NCBI RefSeq assembly: GCF_964355755.1
Contig: NC_092671.1
Coordinates: forward strand, 9,238,001-9,302,000
Direction: 5' to 3'
Source of the DNA: Antedon mediterranea
Lineage: Eukaryota; Animalia; Echinodermata
DNA: 64,000 nucleotides
Shown: positions 1 to 12,154 of the stretch, piece after piece
How the letters are laid out: each line of letters starts with the position of its first letter
Numbering within the stretch: the first letter of the stretch is position 1
Notes under the pieces: model-generated
Told to the model about the DNA's origin: nothing
The model's input: the letters and a program-made list of their open reading frames with translations, nothing else
The model's database searches: none
Program-made: the position numbers and the translations under genes

Positions 1-3
1 TCA

Positions 4-1726
4 TTACTGCTCTGCATCTTCTTCCTCTATCTCTTGGTCACATTCCTCCTCCTCTTCAGTATAATCCTCATACTGTTGGAATTCAGATATTAAGTCGTTC
101 ATGTTCGCTTCTGCTTCTGTAAATTCCATCTCATCCATACCTTCTCCACAGTAGTTATGAATGAAAGCTTTCCGTCGGAACATCGCTGAAAACTGTTCAC
201 CAATGCGTTTAAATACCTCTTGAAGAGCGGTGTTGTTTCCAATAAAAGACGCGGCCACTTCCAAGTTTTGTGGCGGTATATCGCAGACTGCAGTTTTTAT
301 ATTATTTGGAATCCACTCTACAAAGTAATTACTGTTTTTACTTTGAGTTTTGTACAATTCTTTCTCGACCTCTTTCATTGAAAGCCGGCCTCGGAAGACT
401 GCTGCTGCGGTAAGATATCGTCCGTGTCTCGGATCGCATGCTGTCATCATGTTACGGGAATCAAACATCTGTTGCGTTAATTCGGCAACAGTTAGGTTGG
501 CGTATTCTTTACTCGAGCGGCTGATCAACGGTGCAAAACCTGGCATGAAGAAATGCATCCGCGGGAATGGAACCATATTCACTGCTAGTTTTCTAAGGTC
601 CGCGTTCAGTTGGCCAGGGAATCGAAGACTTGCCGTGATACCGCTCATAGCTTGAGATACCAACATATTCAAGTCGCCAAATGTCGGCGATGCCACTTTC
701 AATGTCTGTGTGTTTATGTTGTACAATGCCTCATTATCAAGGCAGTACGTCATGTCAGAGTTTTCAATTAACTGGTGTATCGATAGAGTACTATTATACG
801 GCTCTATGACTACATTTGACACTTTTGGAGATGGCACAACGCTGTAATTTGTCAGAAGCCTATCTGGAAATTCTTCGCGGATTTTCCCAAGGAGTAGAGT
901 GCCCAGTCCTGAACCGGTTCCTCCACCGAGTGAGTGCGTTAACTGGAAACCTTGAAGACAATCACAATGTTCAGCTTCCTTCCTGACAACATCAACAATC
1001 GATTCAGCTAATTCTGCTCCTTCTGTATAGTAACCCTTTCCCCAGTTGTTGCCAGCACCAGTCTGTCCAAATATGAAGTTGTCTGGATGGAAAAGCTGAC
1101 CGTATTGTCCAGACCGTGCGGCATCCATCGTGCCAGGCTCAAGGTCAACGAGTATTGCCCGTGGAACATACTTGCCACCCGTTGCTTCGTTGTAGAAGAC
1201 GTTGATTCTCTCTAATTGAAGGTCGGAGCTGCCATTGTATGTCCCATCTGGTGCAATTCCATGTTCTTCAGAAACTACCTCCCAAAACTGTAAAAAAAAA
1301 AACCGTTACAGTTGGTTATATATTCAAACAAATGACAAACGGCACAAACGAGATTCCATTTGCAAAAAAGGTATTATTCATAAAACAACGTTTTAATGAC
1401 GGGAACCAGTCATTGTATAATAAAAGCGAAAACTGTCCCAAAAACTGCAAATGGAGTGGACAATCAACCAGTAGGCTTATTTGCTTTTACCCATAAATTC
1501 TCTGTACTACCAGGACAATTAGCTGTTCCGACACTGGAAATAGGTTAACTTATTTATTCAGAAATGTGCCTTCCTCATACAACTATACAATTATAAATCA
1601 TTGTTAGGCCTACTATGTTATTATTTTGTATTATTACCCATCCTAAATAATTACAAAATTACAGCCTACCTTGCAACCAATCTGGTTGCCGCATTGGCCT
1701 ACTTGTAAATGCACAATCTCAGGCAT
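4..1726 (-). CDS. TUBB: Divergent beta-tubulin, 2 exons: complement(join(4..1287,1670..1726)), 446 aa
   Basis: Exon 1 encodes [19 protein letters not shown], followed by a GT donor at 1669. The acceptor ttttacag ends at 1288. Exon 2 continues [10 protein letters not shown]...DLEPGTMD and contains [30 protein letters not shown] and an acidic tail, ending TAA TGA. The intron after codon 19 is the conserved animal beta-tubulin position. The symbol is family-level only. Confidence 0.97.
1670..1726 (-). CDS. TUBB: Beta-tubulin exon 1 ([19 protein letters not shown]), missed by the ORF track
   Basis: 57 nt = 19 codons, ATG at 1726, followed by AAG|gtaggc. Confidence 0.95.
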
Positions 1727-3410
1727 ATCTTTAGTATAAAGTACTGCACTGCACCTTTTCTAACTTTGCCAAAACTTGTATTGTAGATCAATAATTTTGG
1801 TGCAGCGAAGGGTTGAACACTTCCGTTACTACTACCACCACCTTAACAGTATTATATTTTTTCTCATAATTCGATTTTTATATCTTAACGTTATCGTTTT
1901 CAATGAGCTCATAGTGTTTAAATCATTGTTATTTTTAGTATTCTTCGAGTCAAACTGTAAAACGTGGAAGTCCTTTCAAACAATGAGTCATAATAATAGT
2001 CTAAAAATAGCAATGCGGTAATTGTTACCTGTGTATATATTTATTTTGTAATTGAACTTTATCGTACATTGTGCAGATACTAAGATATACGACTTATCTA
2101 TGCTTGATTTTTTATTGCGTGGATCCAGGGTGAGTAAGCTTGACGGGGGGAGGGGGGTTGGTCGATATGAAAACCCACATACTATTTGAAATCTTGGTTC
2201 ACCGAGATTGTTGCTCCGCACCGAGGTTGGCGTGGTGCGGTATGATAGTAGCATTGTAGACAAGCATACTAGTCGATGTCGAACTTCGTAATTTTCATGT
2301 CTTCAAAGAAGGCATTGGCCCGACCGCACCCAGACCTTGCTGTCAGTGTGTTTCAATTAATTCATCTTTCAATTTATTTTACATAAAAATGCATGTATGG
2401 GCGTATACTAATAATAGTCAAATAGTATTATTTTAGCTCCCTTTTATTCTCAGAGTTCAGGTCGATTTTACTGCTAACTGGGGGCCCAGGGGAAACGGAG
2501 TGACATAATCTGCTTCTCATCCAACAATCAGGCCAATCTCTGTAGCAATATTGACAATTTGTTTAATTAGTAAAGACATGTGGTCAGTTTCACCGTATTT
2601 TTGCCTGCTAAATATGATAACTTTCCCAGATACCGTACTCTTGATTCTATTTTTTGTTTCATTATTGTTTGTCCGTCAAAAAAGCATTGGGTGGGTGGGT
2701 AGTAGATATATATTGTTTGAAGGTTTGCATGGCGAAATAAAATGTTGATATAAAGTTTATATCAACATATACATTACCGGTAGTTTTTTTCTGAAATACT
2801 TTTACAAGCTAAACGTTAAATTTAAAACCAGTTCTTTCATTTGCATACCATTTACCCACTGAATGTGTTTTAATTGAATGAATAAGGTAGTTCGTTACCA
2901 AAACTAAATAATTGGTATGTTATACCAAAAGATAATTTAAGATATAATTAAACAAGGGTAACAAAACAGATAAATTGGTTATTGTATACCCACACCCCAG
3001 CACAGTCTGCTCTGCACCATGGTTTTATAGAACAGACAATCCTTCAACTCTTCATTTCAACTCGTAAAAAACCATTATAATTTTTGTACACTGTACAACT
3101 CAATTGGCGTCTGTAATAACTGATAATAACCAATAAAGCTTCCTCGTATTTTGTTTATAAAAAAAAATACAACTTATTTTTTAAATTTTTGGCCGTTTTA
3201 AAGTTCAAATATTAATTAGTATTGACTGATAAGTAGAGTGTTTAATTGACCCGAATCGTTTACTGTTTCTACGCGCGTAATGATTAATTATATTCTTTAA
3301 GGCAAAACTAGAACTGATAGCAAGTGCTCTAATTCTGTAATTATCGTTTCATGATTATGATACTCACTGACCTGATTATTTAAATACATAAACATGTACG
3401 TTTCAATGAG

Positions 3411-3540
3411 TACAGTACAACTCCTCCTTTAGGACACCTCTATTCAGGAGACATTCCCCTATTAAGGGGACACATTCCAAAATTAACTGAGGGTGATATT
3501 ATGTTTTAACACTACGGCCAACCTATATTCAGGGGACACT
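3411..3540. mobile_element. Tc1/mariner-type MITE end fragment (TA|CAGTA... with TTCAGG(G/A)GACA repeats)
   Basis: Begins TACAGTACAAC. A related sequence in the opposite orientation, ending ...ctactgta, lies at about 12915-13050, and a short fragment at about 41304-41330. Confidence 0.5.
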
Positions 3541-3680
3541 ATATGGACTATAGGGCTACCGATACTATATCGGGCTACCGGTACTATATCGGGCTACCGG
3601 TACTATATCGGGCTACCGATATTATATTGGGCTACCCGATACTATATCGGGCTACCGGTACTATATAGGGCTACCGGGAC

Positions 3681-4591
3681 GCGATTTTTTTTTTCGTACA
3701 TAAGTTGGGGACCCCCTCATGAAACGTCACAAAATAAACATGAATAATTCATCAGTTAAATTTGTTGTTCCGTGTGCACCCAAGCGTTTAGCAACAAGAA
3801 GCGATTACACAACTGCGATACGATACTTTACAGTATAGTAGGCCTAGGATTCTAAGTCAATTCACGCGATTGCCTTCGCGCACTCTTCTTCACACAAAAT
3901 GTGTCGAGTCGAGGCTAATCGACAGCTAGGCAAGACATTAGACTAAGTAGTAATTCATTGGACATAGCCCAAAGAAAGCTTAGACCCACAAGAATAAAGA
4001 ATGTGTATAATTTGTGTACTGTATTTTTTTTAATTCTGCTATTTTATTATCAAACAATGCATGTACTCAAAGGAACTTTAAAAATGCGCGTATGAACACA
4101 TGAGATGGGAAGATTAGACCCACGAGAATAAAAAATGTATTTTTGTGTAATGTTTATTGTTTAATTTTGCTGACTTATTATTACTCGGATTGTGTCATAC
4201 CTATAACACACACACACACACACACACAGCTCTACTAGAATAGACATATGTTTAGAGACTAATAATTAGGCCTAGGCCTAATAGTATTAATAGAAACTAT
4301 AATTTTAACACGTAATTCTTTAGTAATAAATTATATTAAAGACACTATCATAAACTAAAGGCTGATTATTTCGACAATCCACACAAAACGCCGCTATTCC
4401 TCTATGAAATCGCACGCCGCAACAACAGCGCGGAGATAGGCCTAGAATCGTACCGCACTTGTGTAATCACTTCTTGTTGCTATACGCTTGGGTGCACACG
4501 GAACAAGAACATTTAACTGATGAATTATTCATGTTTATTTTGTGACGTTTCATGAGGGGGTCCCCAACTTATGTACGAAAAAAAAAATCGC
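3681..4591. mobile_element. Non-autonomous Mutator-like (MULE) element, about 145-bp TIRs, 9-bp TSD TACCGGGAC
   Basis: GCGATTTTTTTTTTCGTACATAAGTTGGGGACCCC... at 3681 is matched in inverted orientation at about 4449-4591. TACCGGGAC lies at 3672-3680 and 4592-4600. There is no transposase ORF. The superfamily call is inferred from TSD length, long TIRs and G...C termini. Confidence 0.88.
4206..4228. repeat. (AC)n microsatellite
   Basis: About 11 AC units inside the MULE-like element. Confidence 0.9.
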
Positions 4592-6469
4592 TACCGGGAC
4601 TATATCGGGCTACCGGTACTATATCGGGCTACCGATATAATATATCGGGATACCATAACTATATCGGGATACCGGTACTATATCTTCCCATCCATTAAAA
4701 GGTTCATTTTTTTAAAGTAAGCCTGCTGTGAAGGCACCACCGGTTACCTAAAGATGCAGCAAAGGGTGGTGTTTAAATACTTTTATCCTCGTATGATTAT
4801 TGTGATTTAGTTTGGAATCGTGGTAAGGGTCTGTCTGACTGGCTGCAGAATAGAGATGCCCGTGTCATTCTTAGAGCTGACCATTGATTTAATTCTGCAC
4901 ATGGTCCTTCTGGTTCGTCTTTTATCAAAACACGAGACGCTCACTTCGGTTCTAGACTTTTATGAATGGGTATAATACGTTTTACTATTTAGTATATATA
5001 TTTAAGTTACAAGTTCATGATAATTATTCGACCAGATTCAGATATAGACTTTGAAAGTTTGAGAGTTTAATTCCAATCGATTTACCATACCAAATAGGCT
5101 ACTGTACGTCAGGTAGCTACGGTAGTTCACCACATATTTACATGACCTATATGTATTAATCCTTTATTATTTCCGTTTAAATGTTGTTATAATATCCTTA
5201 TGTTTTATTAATGTTTTGTGTAGAAAAATATCCGCGTAATAATCTTCTCACCGTTCTACTTTTTCGTGCACTCAGGGGTAATGGCTATTTTGCGACAATA
5301 GCCATTGGCTACGGAAGCCTCCTCGTCCAATTCATTACCAATATGTGTCAAAGCCCTCTAGTGGTGAACCTTTCTAAAACTTTTTTCTTATTGTGAGTAA
5401 ACTAAAACCAAATCCAGCGACCGTGTGATGCGTGAAGGTAATTGAATCAACGTTTGAACAGGATGGACGTCTTTCATGTTACACGACTGTACTTGTGTAA
5501 TTTGGAACGATACCACATAGGATAGATAAAATTATTTTTTATAATAGTCTTTCTAGTACCATATATAGCCATATACAGTAGTGAACTATGTACTGTAGCC
5601 GGCCCTATGCTACTTGGAAAGAGTATACAACACTGTAGATTGTAATACATTTAACTGTAAAAAAATGTACTAGCGCCCTCAAATCAATAAAAACTACGAC
5701 CGTAGGGCCTATTGTTATAAACTAACAATAGTAAGTTTACAGTCCATCTACCCGCACTCCACCACTTTCCTCCACACATAATTCTTGAATGTGCTTATGG
5801 TTTTCAAAGTTGTCAATGTCATAACATTATCTTAACGCTAATCTTTTGCGATGTCATCTTTGCCGTATTGATGCTGAAATATAAAAAGATGACATAGCAG
5901 ATTTGTTAGACACTTGACAAAAAAATATACACACTTATTAAAAGTATTAAGAACAATCTGATTTAGTTGACATTGTTAATCCCTTTTATCACGTTAAAAA
6001 TGGTGCATCATGGCAGGCCCTGGGTGGGGTGACATTCAAACGCGTTGCCTTTGAGGCCTCCACCTGAAACGCTGTCGATCAAAAGATAGCGTACGTATTT
6101 TTACCCCACATGCTGTCATCTGACAATAACGTAAATACAATAGTAAGAAAACCAGTTTGTATTTTTAGATTTACTCTCTTTGCGTGGCCATTTAATGATA
6201 TATTATCCCGTATAGGTCCCTGTGAGTTGGGCAAGGGGTGTATTCCCATGCCTACGTTCGTAGACTAGATAAACGTTTTCGCTAAGCGCCAAAGACCCTC
6301 TTCACTTGATAGAAAATGATTGTTGTATTATTTCCTTGTAGATATTTATTTTGATGTATTCTTTAAGCGTGTCAAGATAACCTTGGCAGTACCTTATATG
6401 GTAACGTTATCATCACAAAACGATTGAATCCATGGTTGTTTCCGTTGTAGACAACTTGAATCAGAACAG

Positions 6470-6620
6470 GCTCCAGTGCTTACGTAGTTACTTTGGCAAG
6501 CTATAATCCTGAGTAATCCGTTGACGTTTTAAAATGAAATGGAAAAGGGGTTCCCTCAAGGTTCCAGGATAGATCGACTCATCCACTCATTTACTAGCGA
6601 CATCAAGCTATCCAGGCATT
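6470..6620 (+). pseudogene. Decayed non-LTR retrotransposon reverse transcriptase fragment
   Basis: Translations LRSYFGK and KGFPQGSRIDRLIHSFTSDI resemble the RT motifs WIxSYL and GVPQGSxLGPLLFxxFxND. The fragment is disrupted. Confidence 0.4.
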
Positions 6621-7042
6621 TGCAAGCTGCTTCAGATTAATTGGTGTAAGACATGTCTAGTCGACGCATTGTTATCGTAAACTTTATCTATTATTGCTGA
6701 TCCAGCGAAAAAAAAATATTGAGATAAACAAATATTTTAATATTATATTTTTAGATCCTCTTATTACAAAATTCTGACTCTTTGAAAGATTTTTTTTAAC
6801 GTAGAGAATAGTGTAATATTTTGATCATTATCTTATGGATGAAGCTACAGTATATTGCCGGGCTTGTTACTTTCATCCACTTCATGAATTGTGTCAGAAT
6901 ACCATAAGATGCTTTATATGAATAGATTACATACCTCGGACATTCTTTTTACTTTGTGTATAGTGTAAAATGTAATCATACGTATCATATGTATTGCTAT
7001 TTATACTCGACCATAATATATGGAAAAAGCTACAATATCGTA

Positions 7043-7199
7043 AGCTCTGTCTAGACTATCAAACTAGTTTGACAAAAAATGTGATGTGCCCAAATATGGT
7101 AGTGATATGACCATTTATGGTAGTGATATGATATCATCATGTCCATAGGCACATCACATTTTTGGCGTCACATATAGTTTGATTGGTGTAGACAGAGCT
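7043..7199. mobile_element. PIF/Harbinger (Tourist-like) MITE family A, copy 1
   Basis: TIR AGCTCTGTCTAGACTATCAAACT / AGTTTGATTGGTGTAGACAGAGCT, flanked by GTA/TTA. Homologous copies lie at 20185 and 49473. Confidence 0.8.
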
Positions 7200-7460
7200 T
7201 TAGTAGAGGATGGTAATTTTAATACCATTATTATCATCTAACTAAAAATAATCTAACTAAGAGCTTGTGCTTAGCAATGTACTTGTCTAGGAATGTTGTA
7301 CTTCAGGTTATTTAGGACCTTGGTAGAATTATTACTCGTTAATTATGCATTAGTAATTACCTGTTAGGATGATAATATAAATGAATAACTAGACTCTAGA
7401 CCTCCTATTGAAGTATAGGTGATCATTGTGGTTTGAAGATAAAACAAATATATTATTCAT

Positions 7461-7530
7461 GTTTTTAGTCGCATGCAAACGCGACTCTACAGCTCACTAT
7501 ATCGGTCGGTTGGTCGGTCGGTCGGTAAAC
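7461..7530. mobile_element. Helentron/DINE-like (HINE) element end
   Basis: T-run, then the hairpin AGTCGC-atgcaaac-GCGACT, then a (GTCG)n microsatellite. This layout is typical of non-autonomous Helentrons. I did not find the other end. Confidence 0.45.
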
Positions 7531-7837
7531 ACTAACTCAAATTTGAGCACGCTTCGATCAAAAGATTGAAATTAATTATTTTTGATAACAAATATTTCAA
7601 TGATGATAGGTACAATAGGACCTGCTCCTCCTCCGACTTCTAAACGTCACGTCATGTAAATGATATCCGAATTAAACATTGTTGATTGGCTGGTTAAATG
7701 AAAATGTGAGATACCTATTGAGATGTTTTGTTTATTGATTTGAATAAATAACTTTGTGCTGCTAAAGTGGTTATAAATCAAACACCACTTGTACAATTCT
7801 TTATTTTTGAAATTTTAAAACGAAAGTGGTTTGGTTT

Positions 7838-7912
7838 AGCTCTCATGGGACTTGAACATACAACCTCTTAATGTAGTACGGATGCACTACCGACTGATGC
7901 ATGACTCCCAGA
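7838..7912 (-). pseudogene. tRNA-derived (SINE-head-like) relic
   Basis: The minus strand reads TGCATCAGTCGGTAGTGCA (D-arm/A-box-like)...GTTCAAGTCCCATGAG (B-box-like). The acceptor stem is not intact. Confidence 0.4.
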
Positions 7913-8566
7913 AGACGTCAACCGAAGGAATGATTCCCTCTAACCCTTTATCAATTTCTAATAAATAGATGGAAGTGAAACATTAGGTTTGTTATTGAGG
8001 AAGATAAACAGGCGGCTGAGTACCGTACTTATGATGACCAACAATTTGGACAGAAATTAGCAATAAGATATTTAAGATTGAATTCTTAGTTGATTGAACT
8101 CATGTGTCAACAAAACAACATTAAATGACATGCAAACTTAAACCAGGTTTTCTTATCACGTATAATCACACATTAACAGTGGCCTATTCATGTAAGTTTC
8201 ATAATTTCTAATAGGTTTTGAAGTTTCTATGTACTAAGTGAACCAGAAAACTTATTTTTAAAACAGATTACTGTATTAATTGTAAACATTTCATATTTAT
8301 TTATTTATTTCAACTACTGTACATCCAACAGCAAAAAATTGTCAATTATAGGATGCGTTAAAAATATTTAGATATAAATATATACGTAAAAACACAGACA
8401 AATACAATATGAAACATACAGCAATGGCAAAATTAAATAGCTTTAGATTTGAAAATTGACAAACTGTCTCTTATCTTAAATAAAAATTGAATTGTAAAGC
8501 TTGGATATATATAAATATCTAATCAGAATATGTAAGTTGAAAATATAGTGTTAAGAACACGTACGT

Positions 8567-8749
8567 TCAAGATTCTGGTTCAAGGGAAAATAACTCTTCA
8601 AACAACCTGTCGTTTAAGCGGAAATACGTCATGGTTTTTACCGTCACACTAGTAACACACCAACTTGCAGACTTATCCCCGGCCTTACGTACTCTTTTGG
8701 CGTTAATCCAACTGAATGAACTTAGAAAACTTCTTCTACGAAGTTTCAT
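8567..8749 (-). pseudogene. Possible Harbinger transposase N-terminal relic
   Basis: RRR...WINAKR...YFRLNDRLFEELFSLEP resembles the W-x-x-x-x-x-R...YFRM-x-x-x-x-F-x-x-L-L-x-x-x-x-P N-terminus of Harbinger/HARBI1 proteins. No DDE core follows. Confidence 0.35.
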
Positions 8750-11700
8750 AAATTACCACAAACAAATATAGTAACAATACCAATAATTAATAATTAAGAA
8801 AGAGATGTCAATATTCATTTCTGATTTTTAGATTTGAGAAAAAAATGCGCAAAATATCTCTTTATCTCTTGATTTGACTTATTGGCCTTCTGTGTCTTCC
8901 TCCCACACATCACACGCACATGTTGGCAACAATTATATTTAACAAACTGTTCAATAGTTCGTTGAATTTTGTGGTGTGACAATTTTTTATTTTACTTTGA
9001 ATAAGTTACATTTGAAAAGAAACATTTTCAAATCAATTTATGTGTGGTGATAATCTCTCATACTATATTGGTTTCGTAATCCGCATGTAAAAAAAAACCT
9101 CAAAATGACCGGGAATTGTTGTAAAATTATATATTGCCATTGTTTTTTTCAAGTTACAATCCATCAATAATTATTTATTACATATTTTTATATGCTAATG
9201 GTATTGTCCTTTATTATTATGTATTCCTTTATATTAATTCCGGTTTATTGGTACTGACCCTTCTTGATCCACCACTGTCAATGAACTAATTAAACTATAT
9301 GGTAAGAATAAGTTGTCTAAAATGTTCTACAAAATCCGAAAAAATATAATGTGTTCTAAAGCATTGGCCTGCAATACTATGTGTGCGTATTTAATGTTTA
9401 TGGTGAGACGTATGATAAGTTACACCTTTTAACAAAGTAGGCCTATACTTCATTCACATCTTATGATAAGTTACACCTATATACAAAGTTTAGGCCTGTA
9501 CTTCACATCTTCAATCTCCATAACTTTTTAACTTTACTACTACTTGCCATCATCCCAGACCACAGTTCTTCGGGTTCTATCAGTACAGGTTAGGTCGCTT
9601 GATTTCCATCCGCTTACAACCTCTTTACTGGTTTTCTCTTTAAATTTAGTCTCTGTTAATGTTACAAAGAGTTTATTTGGTTTAATAACATTTGTTTGAT
9701 GATGTATAGATTAGTTTACCTAAAATATGAAGTAATGCTTTTGAAGTTGATTCCCTTTTTTTTAGAACACTCTTTAGCAGTAGGCCTATTGATTATACTT
9801 TGTGAGTATCTTCGGTGCGTAGCCGAGATCGTTTTGAACCCAAAAAAGAGTAGGCCTACAACTTCTCTCTGAACTCTGAAGATAGGCAAAGTATTGCCAG
9901 AAGTAGAAATAAACCGACAAATGAATAAGTCGAATACACTTCTGGTTTCAAATAGTACAGATTGTTCGTAATGCATCTTAGAACACCACCTGTTATTGAC
10001 ATAAACTATTATTTCCATGACTAACTTTTTTGGATGTTTTTGAATGTTTTTTATCGGTATATGATGGAATGATGAACACATGCCATCATGTTAGGAGCCC
10101 AATATTTCAACATTAATTATTCTATCATCATGTAAGCATTTTTTAAATTATTGGGTGAAACGCTTCAGTTTAATAATGGTATTCCGTGGTTGTTTTTTTC
10201 CCGTATTTCTGGAATAGTGGTATTCGTTTTATGCACAAATGAATCTTAAGACATGTATTATAAGTACATGCTAACCTATACTTGTATGTCAATGACTTGC
10301 GCTAGTCAGTTATGATGTATCTAGTGACAGTTGTAGACTATAAGAAACATTTAAATATATCACCGTTCCACTTCGCTATATCTACTACTGTAGGCCTACT
10401 ACTTTCCCCATGCCTAAAATGTAATTGTTTTAAGAGAGCGAAAATTGCTTTGTTTGCTATCTATAATATAATAATGTTTATTATAGTCTTTAATTTAATC
10501 ATTTAATAATTACCTATCGACTTTAGAAGGTGATGAGTCAACAGATAGGTCAATAACAATGATCATGAAAATGCAAATAACATATTCACTTACAATACCA
10601 CAGTGTCACTTTAATTATTATGCTAAAATCTGGCATTATTACTCCAAATAGTTGATTAGTATATAGGCTCCTCCCACTCTGGCTAGCCTTTTGGAGGTTG
10701 CCACTTTCTTTTGCTTTCAATTCAAACAGAAATATATAGAAATATTGACTTTCTTTTAATGATTCTCTTATGAAAGTAATGGTTTGTACGTAATTTTTCC
10801 TCTCTTTTTTGTCAATTGTTCTTTTTTGCCCTTTTAAACCTTATTAAGTTGCATTGTTGTTACAGATTATGTTTCGATCTTTGCTGCAATTGAAGGAAAT
10901 AAATGTTTATTTTGATTTGATTTGATTTGATTTACTTTGCTTTTAAATGTACCAATATAGGCCTAGCAGAGTTGCAAATTGTTTTTAACAATCTGCTGCG
11001 TTCCTCTGCACTCTGCGGAACCGTATTATGCAAATTAGTAAGTGTTTTCAACCGACATAACGAGAGGAAGAAAATGATAAAAGTAAACGAGTTAACATTG
11101 TGGTCACACTCTGATTTGATGTACACAGTTTAAACAATATGATTTGGCCACCCCCAAAAAAATAAATTTTGCTGGATTCTCGGTTTGAAGCTCGGGCCAT
11201 ATGCATTGGAACAAACTTTTATCCATATGCTCGCATTTAACCTGCTAAATTATATGTGCAAATTGACGTGACGTAACTGACGAAATAATATGTAAATGTC
11301 ATTTTAGCAGTTACAGTGGTTGTCCCACCCAAACAAATTAATAACTTTAGATGAATGTGTTTTAATTAAATTAATTATTGACTAATTGTATTGGCACGAT
11401 AGTGTTAATTTATGCGGTATTTCAAATTATTAGAAACCCCTCTTGTTATTATTGATATCAATATTTAATAAAACGACAATTATCGGCCTTTATAAAGAAA
11501 CTTTATAACCACAATTTGGAAGTGAATTTTAATAATTTCAAAGAAATGGTTAGCCGATATAAAATTGTAGGGGAAGGAAACATTAATGACTATTAGCCGG
11601 CATGATATTGAAGTATGACACAATGTTCCGGTAGGGTCTATGATGGGGGGTTGACTAATAAGGCTGGTGAGATGTGAACATATCACCCGAATACGGACGA

Positions 11701-12154
11701 TGAGCGATAGGCATGTACCTTCCGAGTTGAGTCATTGTGGTTAGATGGTAATCTATAGGCCTAGAGAATTCATTTTGACCGGTTAGATGCCCCACAAACT
11801 ATAAGGTGTATTTGTTTTTGAATAATGAAGGCAATGTCGTACATATAGGTCTACTTGTTTTGTTGTAACATTCAACCTTTTAAAGTACGAATTCTATTTC
11901 AATGAATCGTCTTGGGTCCGGATTAAAATATCCCTATATTTAGGTGAAGTAACACCATTTTTATCATTAAAAACTAAACAAGACAAATTATTAGGATGGA
12001 AATAGAGATGCCATCGACGGGAACTGACCGGGCGTTTGCTTGACTTGAACCCGTCTATACGCTTTGATATATATCTTACCTGCGATCAAAACGGTAACGG
12101 TAAAGGGGAATGATGGAATCTCAAGCAGGACATGTATTTTGGCCTGGCCGGGGT

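Larger units (their letters stand above)
3549..4684. repeat. 19-bp minisatellite (ctatatcgggctaccggta)n, split by a transposon insertion
   Basis: About 7 units at 3549-3680 and about 5 units at 4592-4684. Confidence 0.9.

Noticed and set aside
350-655. 101-aa plus-strand ORF
   Set aside because: It is the antisense shadow of the tubulin exon.
9540-10081. 121-aa ORF / hAT transposase relic (WQYF..., KEVVSGWKSS resembling DVxTRWNS)
   Set aside because: The similarity is too weak and fragmented to call without a profile search.
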